A stretch of DNA of 64,000 nt from contig OZ024742.1 in assembly GCA_964016885.1 (NCBI GenBank), positions 181,722,001 to 181,786,000 on the forward strand, in the 5' to 3' direction. This document shows, one piece after another, positions 1-12,075 of the stretch. The notes under the pieces were generated by a model. That model was not told the origin of the DNA. It saw only the letters and a list, made by a program, of their open reading frames with translations, and did not search any database. The stretch's first letter is position 1, and each line of letters starts with the position of its first letter. The DNA comes from Eledone cirrhosa. Its lineage: Eukaryota. Position numbers and translations under genes: made by a program.

Positions 1-16
1 GGTCCTAAAAGACTAT

Positions 17-1424
17 ATGAAAAATATTCTCTTCATACGAAAGGACCGACTCTATGGCAGCATTTCGGTCTTAACAAAAGACAAGGAAACGGCGCAGAAG
101 CTTTCCCTAAGCCCACTCTCATCAACAACATACAGCTTCTATCCCTCCTACATGGGTAGAAGAACACAGAGAGTCAAAGTACAAACAATGCTGCCCACAA
201 TGGACTTCTGGTGGGCTATTGCTGGCTTCATAGACATGGGCGAGGACACAGTGCTGTCAATGGGGAAGGCATCTGGAGATGCGTTCCTGGGAATGGGCCT
301 CGACCTACTAGTCCAAATGAGGCCCGAAAGAGTGGCACAAATCCCGGATCGCATCTGGCTGGATGACCTCACCCCAATAGATATAATTGTAGAGGGGAGA
401 AGACCAGCATGCTATTTATGCACGGAAAGGGGACACGTTAAGGCTAACTGCCCGAAACGTATCCCCCAAAAAGGACTATTGCCCACACCCACCACAAACA
501 GTACACCAACACCACCCACCTCCAAAAATACACTAATACCACACACAGCAAACAAAATACAGACACCACCAACCACAAGCACAACACAAACATCACCACC
601 ACCAGCACCAAACACAAGCACGACACAAAAATCACCACCACCATCACCAACCACAACACAAACATCACCACCACCATCACCAACCACAAGCACGACACAA
701 ACATCACCACCACCACCACAAAACGCATTCCAAACAGATAATAAAAAAAAACAGCAACAAATCTACCCCTCCCGCAAAAAAAAACAACCAGACACCACGT
801 CCCTCCCACCTAGCGCTGAAGAGTTTCCCCCAACTTCTGAAGAAGAAGGAGGAGAAGCCTTCAGACACGTTAAAAGAAAAAAAAGAAAGCACACACCCAG
901 CACACCACAAATAACCCACACACAAACACCAACTCCAATCAAAAACACCCACCCTCAACAAACAAAATTAAATCTGCACCTCCCCTCTCCGAAACATTGA
1001 CAGCATCACAAAAAAAGACGTTGCAATACACATATATAAATAAAGAAAACAAAAAACTGTTTAAATTAATAAAGAATAGCCCTTTGGTGCAGACCGAAGG
1101 GCCAAACTTTATCTCAACAGAGAACTTCACCCATTTAAAAATGATAAAGGTCCCTTTGGACCTTTATCGTTCCTTAAAAGAACAATTTAGACAGGAAGTG
1201 AGCCCCCCCCCCCCTGTTTAAAACCGTTAAATCGCATCCTCTTGAAAGATTTCCCCATAACCTCCCCTCTCCCTGATACAACTCCAAATACCCCAACCCC
1301 ACCACACTCGGGTACCCCCACACCACCACAAAACATCCCTCCACCCAACACACCTGACGCCATGGAAATTACACAACCCGGAAAGGTAGGTGCTTTTCTT
1401 TCTTCACTTTCAACACCAAAATAA
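17..1424 (+). pseudogene. Tx1-like ORF1 (gag-like zinc-knuckle nucleic-acid-binding protein), frameshifted
   Basis: ORF 17-1000 has CYLCTERGHVKANC (CX2CX4HX4C) then a P/T/S-rich linker. ORFs 997-1221 and 1242-1424 look like frameshifted continuations. Confidence 0.8.
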
Positions 1425-1429
1425 ATCAA

Positions 1430-4400
1430 TTGAGAGTTGGCTGTTTGAACGCGCGTGGCCTGGGCTCAGCTTGGAAGCAAGCAAAGCTTCTCAGTGACCT
1501 CAGGTCACGAAGTATAGATGTGATGGTTGTTTGCGAGAGTCGGATCAGCAGCGTGCGACAGCTGGCTCCCGCCTTCGATGACTTTGAGATGCACGCATCT
1601 CTCTGTCAACCCGGAGGCGGGGTGGGGGGAGTTGCTGTACTGCTGGATAAACGTCTGGCTCTCGACGTACAAATTGTTCACTCGGACCCTGGGGGTCGAT
1701 TACTGGTGCTGGACGTCGGAGGCGGTGAAGGCGGAGCTTTCAGACTGGTCGGTCTTTATGCCCCCTTCGGGGCTGAAAGAGCCGACTTCTTCCAGCGTCT
1801 GGAGACTTTTCTAGGAACGTTGCGTTCCCTGCTTTTAGTGGGGGACTGGAATGGAATCCTAGATGCGCGTTGGGACTATGCAGGGGCATGTCCCGATAGA
1901 GGGGGTGTAGCAGCCTCAAGGGGTTACTCGATCGATTCGACCTGGTCGATAGATTTCGACTAGATTGTCCAACTGCGCCAACCTGGACCTGGGCAAACCG
2001 CAGTGGACAATCTAGATCGTACCTAGATAGGTTTTTGGTTAGGAGTAAGGATAGGGACGTATTTAGTTGTCCAGAATTGATCATGGTTGGCTATTCAGAT
2101 CACAAATTAGTGACCTGCGTGGTCAACCTTGATAGAACGCATAGACAGGGTCCCGGTTACTGGAAGATGAACTTGTCCTTGCCGGCAAAGAAAGATTACA
2201 GGAACCGGATTAGTAGCTTAGTTAAGATGCGGTTGACGGGAGCGATCGTCAACAGCAGGTGGTGGGTATCTCTAAAGAGAGAGATTAGAGTAAGTTCGAT
2301 AGGTTACAGTAAGGAACTAGCGGCGAATAGAAATAGGGAGGAAAGGTAGTTAACAGATAAACTAGAAGAGGCGATTAGGAGCGGAGACGTTGCCAGAGTG
2401 TTAGCGGCGAGAACGGCATTGAGCCAGTTCTTTGACGCGAAGCACGAAGGCTGCGTTGTCCGAAGTAAAATACGTGCTTTAGGAAACGAGGGGACCAAAG
2501 CTGTTAGCTGGGCCCGCGTGACAGAAGCCAAGAGTGGGATTAAATCCACCATTCGGTCTTTGCGAGACCAGGATGGACGGGTGATCCTTGAACCTGAGCG
2601 GATGTGCGAGGCCTTTCAAAGGCACTTTGCTCGACTGTTCGGAGGGGGTGGGGGGCCGGACGGGTATGTGGACTTCGGTCCATACCTCGACGGTCTACCG
2701 CGTCTTTGGAGCGGCGAAGCGGAGTGCTGCGAAAGGCCAATCACAGCCACTGAAATCGGGGAAGCGCTCAGCCAATGCAGCAGACGCAAATCTCCGGGTC
2801 TCGATGGTCTACCATACGAACTTTATTTAGCTATGCCGGTCTTGTTCTCCGAACTCCTCGAGGCTGTCTATTGTAACTGGCAACAGAACGGGAGAATTCC
2901 CTGTTCTGTGACCAAGGGCGTGGTCACGCTAGTGAGGAAGGACGAGAGCAAGGGGGACGACTTAAGTAACTTTAGGCCCATAACTCTGCTGAATGCAGAG
3001 TTACAGATTTTGGCCAAGGTGTTGGCGAAGAGGTTGGCGCTTGTGGTGGGTGGTTTGGTGGGAGACGCGCAGACATGCGCTATCCCGTCCAGGTCCATTC
3101 ACGACAACCTCCACCTCATGCGATACATCGTAGAGAGGGTTGGCAACGAACCCGGCTTTGGTGGGGTCCTGATCAACTTGGATCAATATAAGGCGTTCGA
3201 TAGGGTCGACCATGGTTACCTGGATGCGGTGCTAGCGGCGGCGGGCTTCGGACCCGTTTTCAGGGGCTGGATTTCTGCCATGCACAGTGGCAACATCTAC
3301 TCTAGGATTAAGGTAAACGGCTACCTCTCGGAGCCGTTTCAAATCACCCGGTCCATCAGACAGGGGTGCCCCCTCTCCTCCCTTCTGTACGTATTGACTC
3401 TCGAGCCACTGCTGCGGAAGTTGGAGTTGCTGCGGGGCATACTCCTGGAACTGGGATTGCACAAAGCGGTCTCGGCCTATGCCGACGACGTAACAGTAAT
3501 GGTGGCGGACGCCTCGGAAATCGGGGCGATCGCCACCCTACTGGAGGAATACGAAAGGCTGACGGGGGCTAGGCTGAACCGGGACAAGTCAGTCGGTTTG
3601 CAACTCGGAACGTGGAGGGGCAAACCGATGCCGTTAGACGGTGTCGTCGGGCGGTGGACGGAGGGTCCGGTGAAGCTGCTCGGGGTCTGGTTCGGACCGG
3701 ACCTCCAGGTGGAGAAGAATTGGGGCGAGGTGACGAGCAGGGTGTTTGCGCTGACCCAGAAGTGGGCCAAGTGCAAACTATCACTGAAAGGTCGGGCGGA
3801 GGTGACGAACGCTTACATAGCGTCCGTCATCTACTACCGCCTGACCGTCGTGCCTTGCCCCAAGGAAAAGATCACCATCATGGAACGCATGCTCTTCCAG
3901 TTCCTCTGGAAGAAGTGGCCTCCCATGGTGAGGAGATCCATCTGCTGCCAGCACCCTTCGAAAGGAGGGCTGGGTATGCCGTGGCTGTTGATGCGTAGGC
4001 ACGCATTGAGGCTATGGCATCTACAGGTATTCCTCACCGGTCAGCCGGTGTGGGCTCCGTTTGTGAGGCGAGCCTTCCCACAGCTCGTCTCGCTCACCGA
4101 GCTGCAATCCTGGGTGAAGCAAAGACCGAGAAAGCTGGGCAACTGGCACACCGAGTGTGCCAAGGCGCTCACGGCTCTCTGGCAAGCGGACCCGACTGTC
4201 AGTGGAGAATCCACCTCGACATTCTATAGAGGGCTGGTGGCTAGCAGGGGCGACGACACCCTTGGAGAGTCGCTAGGCATGGAGGAGGACGAACTGGCCA
4301 GCCTGTTCGGTAGAACTTTCGGCCCGGGACCCATGGACAACTTACAGAGGTCCCTAGCCTGGCAGTGTTACCGGGGGGCTCTGCCAGTTTGAGAAAAGCT

Positions 4401-4860
4401 CTACAGACACGGGCGCCCGGGCAGGGATCCCGCGAAAAAGATCTGTCCCAGATGCGTGCGCGACGAGGAAACCGTTGCGCATGCACTGGTACACTGCCCG
4501 GGCGTTGCCGATCTGTGGGGCTACGTCGAACGACTGCTGTCGCGTGTGGCGCCGATTCGATTGACCGCCGTGTCTGTGGTGAACATCAAGTCGCCTCCTC
4601 CCTTCAGAAATGAAGCAGAGGCGGTCTTTCTGTGCGTAATAACCATGATGAAAGAGGTTGTGTGGTGGACGCGCCTGAAAGGTCTGAGGTCGGGTGACTT
4701 TCTCTCCGGCCATCACCTGGTTTACTTCTTCCGATACCACTTCGGAAGAAGGATCAGGATGGAGAGAGAAGTGCTTGGTCCCAGACAGTTTTATGAAAGG
4801 TGGGTGAAAGAAGCGAAAATGGCTCGTGTAAATGGGCCTTCTCTCTACATTGTTCTGTAG
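1430..4860 (+). pseudogene. Tx1-like ORF2: APE endonuclease - reverse transcriptase - CCHC domain
   Basis: EN motifs LNARGL, CESR, GDWN, TW..SYLDR, SDHK. RT motifs SPGLDG, FRPITLLN, DQYKAFDRV, IRQGCPLS, AYADD, LLGV. C-terminal CPRC..ETVAHALVHC. One frameshift in the G-run near 1900; in-frame stops at 2347-2349 (TAG) and 4390-4392 (TGA). Confidence 0.93.
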
Positions 4861-5218
4861 GTGAAGAAGTGAAGAGGAAAGGGTGAGCGCCTCCTCTCTG
4901 GGCTTCCCCCGCGAAAAGAGTTGCACACTTTTCGGGGGCATGTGCAATCCCCAACACGCCCCCTCCCTTTTGAGGACTTTTATTATTATGTTATTCTCAT
5001 TGTTATGCCTTTTGCTTTACTCGTATTTATGTAAACTCCCCCTCTGTGTATTTGTCCCTTTCTCTTGTGCCCTAGTGGCAAATAAATAGAAATCTATCTA
5101 TCTGTCTGTGTCTCTGACTATCTATTTATTTGTCTACCTGTCTATCTGTATCTATCTACCTGTATTATTATCTCTTTTTCTTTTACTCACTCTCGCTTTC
5201 TCTTTCCCCATATACTTG

Positions 5219-5250
<32 letters not shown>

Positions 5251-5300
5251 TGTATGTATGTATGTATGTATGTATGTATGTATGTATGTATGTATGTATG

Positions 5301-5909
5301 TCAGGTCACCAGTTGGTGCTACTGGTAACATGTATGCCAGTACAACCTGTCTCATGGTCGGGTCGTTGGCGACTAAACTGGCAACCCCACCAAGGTTTCT
5401 TGTTGAGGAGGGTGACTTTGGACATCCTGCAGGACTAAAAACAAAACCTGCCAAAGGGCAAAGGAGCTCTTAAGAGTCAATGGCCATCCAAAATCACCGG
5501 GAGAGATGACCCCTTAGCCTTTGTCAAGGCAGAATTCTAGGAGAAGGAAAACTCTGATATAACACCTGCAACCCTGATGGTATCCAATGATGTTGACTTG
5601 TTCTTCTTTTTGGTAAATATCATCTTAGTTAAGAGAGTGGGACTGGCTTTGTGCAGTGCCTTTGCTCTCTATAAAAGCTTCACGGCACAGGCATTGCTTT
5701 ATATCTGGAGAGCTCTCTGCACTTGTTGTCACATGGTACCATGGGCCCAGCACTATGTGTCAATAATGGTCACAAGTGTAGTGTTTGTACCAGAGTTTTC
5801 AAGTCGCTGGCTGGACTAAAAAGTCACACTTGTTCAGCGCATCGGTAGGGGTTCTCCTACATGGATATAAAGTAGTGGCCGTACTCGAAAACGAGTTGGC
5901 AGCCACCAT
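5301..5909 (+). mobile_element. Short non-autonomous RTE-derived retroelement (~610 bp) with (ATGT)n tail
   Basis: Flanked by (TATG)n on both sides. 3' part encodes a C2H2-finger remnant ([23 protein letters not shown]) followed by gtactcgaaaacgagttggcagccacc(ATGT)n. Homologous copies occur elsewhere in the window. Confidence 0.75.
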
Positions 5910-5935
5910 GTATGTATGTATGTATGTATGTATGT

Positions 5936-6182
5936 ACACTATAAAAGCTTCACGGCACAGGCATTGCTTTATATCTGGAGATCTCTCTGCACTTGTCATC
6001 ACATGGTACCATGGGCCCAGCACTATGTGTCAATAATTGTCACAAGTGCAGTGTTTGTACCAGAGTTTTCAAGTCGCTGGCTGGACTAAAAAGTCACACT
6101 CATTCAGCGCATCGGTAGGGGTTCTCCTACATGGATATAGAGTAGTGGCCGTACTCGAAAACGAGTTGGCAACCACCATGTA
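5936..6182 (+). mobile_element. 5'-truncated second copy of the RTE-derived element, in the tail of the first
   Basis: Near-identical to 5669-5909 with a few substitutions. Confidence 0.8.
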
Positions 6183-6222
6183 TATGTATATATATATGCA
6201 TATATATGTATATATATATATA

Positions 6223-6395
<173 letters not shown>

Positions 6396-6516
6396 GCAGA
6401 GGTTATATTTAAATTGTTGGGATTCAAAAAGCTTAATATACATATATATATATGTATATATATATGTATATATATATGTATATATATATCTATATCTATA
6501 TGTATATATATGTATA

Positions 6517-6603
<87 letters not shown>

Positions 6604-7076
6604 TATATATATATATATGCATATATATATATATATATATATATATAATGTAGGAGGTGAGTTTTATTGTAGTACAATAAAGCAATGCAGGTATCGGATA
6701 AGAAGCACTCTACAGTTTGTGGGACTGGAGTATGCATAATATAAGATCAAAAGATGGTTAAAATATAATATATTTTTTCCTCGCACATATCCTCCCTTCG
6801 TTAATTTTCAAAATTTTTAATTTATACAGTATCTTCCAACGGTTTTCAACCCCTCTATATAAAATATATCTCCTCTCAGTTATAAAAACTATCTCTTTCT
6901 CTCTATCACCCATCTCTCCCTCTCATCTCCTTCCCTTTTCATCCTTTTCTCCCCCCCCCTCTCTAAATAAAATATTTTCCCAATATCACACATCAATCTA
7001 AAACCACTTTTCATATGTTGATTTAAAACTGCACTATCAACAAGTGTTTTTTATGCCTTCATATCATGTTCTCCTG

Positions 7077-7143
7077 TTTTATCTGATGAAAACACAAATA
7101 TTATTGTTTGATGATGTTTGTTTTTGAAATGCGCATAATAAAA
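7077..7143 (+). ncRNA. Minimal type I hammerhead ribozyme in 5' pLTR
   Basis: ttttat-CTGATGA-stem II (aaacacaaat..gtttgttttt)-GAAA-tgcgca-TA-ataaaa; palindromic stem III ATGCGCAT, as in dimer-type PLE hammerheads. Confidence 0.85.
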
Positions 7144-7349
7144 TATATTGAACTCCTTTAACCATCTTTTGATCTTATATTATGCATACTCCAGTCCCAC
7201 AAACTGTAGAGTGCTTCTTATCCGATATCTGCATTGCTTTATTGTACTACAATAAAACTCACCTCCTACATTAACTTGCTCCTTAACGGTTGAGCGCTTA
7301 CTCTCATATTGGATACCTTTTGATGGTCCTTCACCTCTTCTTCTACAAC

Positions 7350-9752
7350 ATGGATTATTACAACATAACCAATTCAACTAAAGACATTCCTATACCTGGT
7401 AAATCTGAATTCACCAAACTTCTTATTGAAAAAACTGACTCCTTCGTAAGAAGACTTAGATGGACAGCCTATTTCTATGACCAGCGCCTAAAAGGGAACT
7501 TTCATACCAAAGAACACAACTTCCTCGATCATCTTTTTAATTCTAGACGAAATCCTCCTTCCAACAAAAATCTAGCACAATTCGAGGAAGAATTAACTAA
7601 AATTATAAAAAATCTTAAATTCAAGAGATACCCTTACAAAGGACAAGAGCACCTTTTAAATCTCAAGAACACAATCTCTAACCTAAATTCCTCAAAAAAT
7701 GTTTTAGTCCACTCTGACAAAACCAATAACCTATATGGTATTTCCAAGGATAATTATAACAACCTTATCCTAAAGGAACTTAGGAAAAAGTATCGTAAAA
7801 CCAACCATGAAAATTTAGAATGCATAAACCTTGAAGCCTATGAGATTATGTCAAAACTTGGCATTGAAAAAAAGACCGAACCATTCCTCCCAAGAACTCC
7901 GAGGATAAATCTCAAGGATCACAAAAACAATTTTCGCACTGAACTACCTGTTAGATTAATCGCCCCCTCTAAATCTGATCTGGGGGTTGTTAGTAAAGCC
8001 ATCTTGGATAGGATTATCCCACAGGTTAGTTCTAATTGCTCTTCTTTAAACCTAAATTTATGGTTTGGTACTTCTGAAGTGATTGGCTGGTTCAACAAAT
8101 TGGATAATAAAAACAAACTAAAATTTATTCAATTCGATATTGCCAGCTACTATTCCTCCATTTCGCCTTCACTTCTCAATAATGCTCTATCTTTCGCACT
8201 TAAATATTCTGACATCACCACAGATGAACTTCACATCATCCTCACCGCACGTAAAACCATCCTAGAGTTCAACAACGAATATTGGACCAGAGCCGATACC
8301 TCTAACAACTTCGACATCACAATGGGAGCATCCGATTCATCCCAATTGACTGATTTAATTGGTATCTTCATTTTGAACTCTTTGAGTCGGAAAATTCCTC
8401 AACTTCGCGGTGGAATTTATCGTGACGATGGACTCTTTACTATCCTAAATTGCAATATAGTTAAACTTAATATTATTAAGAACAATATACGTAATCTCTT
8501 TAACCAACATAACCTAAAAATTGAATTTGATAATAGTATCAAACTAGCTAATTTCTTGGATGTATCTCTTAATCTTGACACTGGCCTATATTACCCTTAC
8601 CATAAAAACAATGAGAATCTTAATTATGTTAACTTTAAATCTAACCATCCTACCAATATCAAGAATGCTATAGTTAATAATATTGGAAATAGAATATCTA
8701 ACATATCTTCTAATAAAAACATCTTTGATGCTAACGCCAATTACTATAATAACGCACTTTCTAAAGCCGGCTATCCAGATAAAATCAAATATAATAAAGA
8801 AACAAATTCTAGGAAAACTTACAGTAGAATATTTAATCATAACCATTCCAATAATTTTAATAAAAGACCTAGATACAAAAACATAATCTGGTATAATGCT
8901 CCTTTCTCCATCTCTATTAATAACAATATTCCTAAATTATTTTTTAGTGCCTTAAATAAATGCTTCCCTCCCTCACATATCTATAGTAAAATATTTAACA
9001 AACACACCATCAAATTTTCGTATTCTACATCCTCCAATATTTCCAACATCATCTCTAAACACAACAACAAAATATTAAATACTAAATCTCTTCCTTCCAA
9101 TATTGAATTTCATAATAACAGTAATAGTACTCCTGACGTCATTGTAAACCCTAGGCTAACTTCTGTAAACCCAAATGCAACGTCAAACACAACTTCGCTA
9201 AATGTTCATAATCCAACTCTAAATCAAGAAACTATTATTCCTATTATTCCTATCGCAAACAACTTCTCCAATCCAATTCCTTCTATAGATAACACTAGAT
9301 CACTCATTAATAATCTCTCTAATTGCAACTGCCGCATTAAAAATAAATGTCCTCTCAACAACCATTGCCTCGATAAAAACTTAATTTATGAATGTAAAAT
9401 TATAACTAGCACCAATTCCTTCACCTATTTTGGCTCCACTTCCACCTCTTTTAAAGCTCGTCTCTATAATCATCATTCATCTTTCAAATACAAACTTAAA
9501 AGAACTAACACTGCTCTCTCAGAACTCATATGGTCCTTAAAAGACAAAAACATTAAATATAACATCTTTTGGAAAAAGATTTCTTCTGCATCCTCATACT
9601 TGAACAGCTCTCTATCTAAAATCTGTAATCTCTGCCTAAATGAAAAATTTACCATTATCTCTAACCTAGAATCCATAATAAATAGACGCTCAGATTTGTT
9701 TTCTATCTGCCTGCATAAATTCCATAGAACTTTTCACAAAGTATACAGTTAA
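7350..9752 (+). CDS. PLE reverse transcriptase + GIY-YIG endonuclease (~800 aa, uninterrupted)
   Basis: N-terminal STKDIPIP; RT motifs FDIASYYSSI, ITMGASD, IYRDDGL, NFLDVSL, SNHP; CNC..CPL..CL linker; LIY..YFGST..FKARLYNH; C-terminal CNLCLNEK..INRRSD..CLH. Start taken at ATG 7350 (ATG 7323 also in frame). Confidence 0.93.
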   Translation: MDYYNITNSTKDIPIPGKSEFTKLLIEKTDSFVRRLRWTAYFYDQRLKGNFHTKEHNFLDHLFNSRRNPPSNKNLAQFEEELTKIIKNLKFKRYPYKGQEHLLNLKNTISNLNSSKNVLVHSDKTNNLYGISKDNYNNLILKELRKKYRKTNHENLECINLEAYEIMSKLGIEKKTEPFLPRTPRINLKDHKNNFRTELPVRLIAPSKSDLGVVSKAILDRIIPQVSSNCSSLNLNLWFGTSEVIGWFNKLDNKNKLKFIQFDIASYYSSISPSLLNNALSFALKYSDITTDELHIILTARKTILEFNNEYWTRADTSNNFDITMGASDSSQLTDLIGIFILNSLSRKIPQLRGGIYRDDGLFTILNCNIVKLNIIKNNIRNLFNQHNLKIEFDNSIKLANFLDVSLNLDTGLYYPYHKNNENLNYVNFKSNHPTNIKNAIVNNIGNRISNISSNKNIFDANANYYNNALSKAGYPDKIKYNKETNSRKTYSRIFNHNHSNNFNKRPRYKNIIWYNAPFSISINNNIPKLFFSALNKCFPPSHIYSKIFNKHTIKFSYSTSSNISNIISKHNNKILNTKSLPSNIEFHNNSNSTPDVIVNPRLTSVNPNATSNTTSLNVHNPTLNQETIIPIIPIANNFSNPIPSIDNTRSLINNLSNCNCRIKNKCPLNNHCLDKNLIYECKIITSTNSFTYFGSTSTSFKARLYNHHSSFKYKLKRTNTALSELIWSLKDKNIKYNIFWKKISSASSYLNSSLSKICNLCLNEKFTIISNLESIINRRSDLFSICLHKFHRTFHKVYS

Positions 9753-9808
9753 TATTCAATTCTTTATCAATTTAGAATCTTTTCTCAAAGGCACATATAC
9801 ATACACCT

Positions 9809-10250
9809 CTTTAAAATATACCCATCTACCTTACTTTAAAGGGCATTATACACTCTATAATACTCGTTTACTCATTACCCTCATTCTATCTTCTCGTAAA
9901 ACAATAACATTTGTTTTTGACATTTTGAATATTCATCCGCAATCATTATTATTTTTTCTCTCTATCATAAATCTTTTTAATCTCAATTTCATCCTTAATT
10001 TATTATTATATATATATTTTTTTTTTTTTTAATATATACTCATATATTCTTTAAAATATACCCATCTACCTTACTTTAAAGGGCATTATACACTCTATAA
10101 TACTCGTTTACTCATTACCCTCATTCTATCTTCTCGTAAAACAATAACATTTGTTTTTGACATTTTGAGTATTCATCCGCAATCATTATTATTTTTTCTC
10201 TCTATCATAAATCTTTTTAATCTCAATTTCATCCTTAATTTATTATTATT
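9809..10250 (+). repeat. Tandem duplication (240-bp period) in PLE 3' UTR
   Basis: 9809-10008 repeated at 10049-10248 almost exactly. Confidence 0.9.
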
Positions 10251-10964
10251 TTTTTTTTCTCCCCATCAACGAACTCATTATTAATACATATGAATTCAAT
10301 ATACAAACTTTAACTTCACATTATTGTTCTCAAATCCTTCTACACATAAACTTTTTTCTCTTTGCTAATTTTGAAATTCCTACATTTCTTCTTTTGACGT
10401 TAGAATATTCACCCACAATTATTATTTTTTTCTCTCTATCTTCATACATAATTTCCCTTCGTTAATTTTCAAATTCCTTTAATTTATACATTATCTTCCA
10501 ACGGTTCCCAACCTCTCTATATTAAAACATTATATCTTTTTCTCAGTTATAAAAACTATCTCTTTCTCTCTATCACCCCATCTCTCCCTTTCCACCTTCA
10601 CTCTCATCTCCTCCCCTTTTTTTCATCCTTTCCAACCCCCCCTCCCTAAATATAATATATTTTTTCCTCGCACATATCCTCCCTTCGTTAATTTTCAAAA
10701 TTTTTAATTTATACAGTATCTTCCAACGGTTTTCAACCCCTCTATATAAAATATATCTCCTCTCAGTTATAGAAACTATCTCTTTCTCTCTATCACCCAT
10801 CTCTCCCTCTCATCTCCTTCCCTTTTCATCCTTTTCTCCCCCCCCCTCTCTAAATAAAATATTTTTCCCAATATCACACATCAATCTAAAACCACTTTTC
10901 ATATGTTGATTTAAAACTGCACTATCAACAAGTGTTTTTTTAGCCTTCATATCATGTTCTCCTG

Positions 10965-11031
10965 TTTTATCTGATGAAAACACAAATATTATTGTTTGAT
11001 GATGTTTGTTTTTGAAATGCGCATAATAAAA
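10965..11031 (+). ncRNA. Minimal hammerhead ribozyme in 3' pLTR
   Basis: Same sequence as 7077-7143. Confidence 0.85.
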
Positions 11032-11061
11032 TATATTGAACTCCTTTAACCATCTTTTGAT

Positions 11062-11111
<50 letters not shown>

Positions 11112-11117
11112 ATATAT

Positions 11118-11607
11118 ATTGTTATAATTTGGGAGGGTCTTGTTGCCAATAAGAAACACACGCACCAGATGTTTCACTTCAATTTATTATAATAAATTTA
11201 TAAATTTAGGAATTTATAAATTTCTGGTTGGTTGGTTGGTTCCACAACCAGATAGTTGTTTATATATTGTCAAAGTTCTTTCGTCACACATTCTGGAAAC
11301 AAAATGGCGTAGGACAGAACAAAGGAGAGGCACAAAAACAAAGAAAATAATCCCCAGTCACTGAAGAGGTCACAGAATGTGTGACGAAAGAACTTTGACA
11401 ATATATAAACAACTATCTGGTTGTTGAACCAACCAACCAACCAGAAATTTATAAATTCCTAAATTTATAAATCTATTATAATAAATTGAAGTGAAAGCAA
11501 CTGGTGCGTGTGTTTCTTATTGGCAACATGACCCTCCCAAAGTATAACAATATCGGTTTCAACACACGATTTCAGATAAAGAATCTTGCTAAACAAATTC
11601 AGAAACG

Positions 11608-11610
<3 letters not shown>
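11118..11610 (+). mobile_element. Fold-back hammerhead element, family B
   Basis: Arms ~11118-11295 / ~11372-11551. HHR at 11357-11399 (gtca-CTGAAGA-ggtcacagaatgtgtgac-GAAA-gaac-TT-tgac). ~60-nt tail, (TA)n both sides. Confidence 0.8.
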
Positions 11611-11659
<49 letters not shown>

Positions 11660-11945
11660 TATATATATATATGCATATATATATATATATATATATATAA
11701 ACACTATGATAAATTATTAGTAGCAGATGGCGACACAGGAAGAAGAGAAGAGGGCACAGAGAGAGGGTCGGGGAGAGAATAGGTGGGATATAGAGAGTTG
11801 GAGAGGAAGAGTGTGTGAGAGATTGGTTAAAGAGAGAATAGGAGAGTTAGAGAGCGGGGGAGAGACAGAGAGAGAATCTAAAAGATAAAGTGATAGTTGA
11901 ATGCCAACAAATTAAATATAACCTCTGCATATATATATATATATA

Positions 11946-12005
<60 letters not shown>

Positions 12006-12024
12006 TATAGTTTTAATATAGATG

Positions 12025-12075
12025 AGATTCTACAGGACTAGAACTGTTTCATTCTTTAGAAATCATCAGGAATCT
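12025..12075 (-). ncRNA. Hammerhead ribozyme in a short TA-flanked PLE 3' remnant (12005-12260)
   Basis: Minus strand: agattc-CTGATGA-tttctaaagaat-GAAA-cagttctagtcctg-TA-gaatct; stems I and III pair. Confidence 0.8.

Larger units (their letters stand above)
1..5090 (+). mobile_element. Tx1-like (L1 clade) non-LTR retrotransposon, near full length, 5' end cut by the window edge, mildly degraded
   Basis: ORF1 with CCHC knuckle, ORF2 with APE endonuclease + RT + C-terminal Cys motif, T-rich 3' UTR ending in AATAAA (5081-5086) that runs into a (TCTA/TCTG)n tract. Confidence 0.92.
6646..11068 (+). mobile_element. Full-length Penelope-like element (Naiad-type) with pseudo-LTRs and 5' inverted segment, inside (TA)n
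   Basis: Direct repeat 6760-7180 = 10647-11068 (pLTR). 6646-6762 is the reverse complement of 7157-7273. Single intact RT+GIY-YIG ORF. (TA)n on both sides. Confidence 0.93.

Noticed and set aside
4390-4392. Programmed read-through in Tx1 ORF2
   Set aside because: Most simply a CGA>TGA mutation in ALPVREKL; the copy also has another stop and a frameshift.
5301-5390. HDV-like or twister ribozyme at the RTE-derived 5' end
   Set aside because: Partial resemblance only; no P1/P1.1 pairing or twister core could be fitted. Kept as an unassigned structured leader.
7350-9752. Selenoprotein-type Naiad (UGA recoding)
   Set aside because: ORF has no in-frame TGA; Cys motifs use normal codons.
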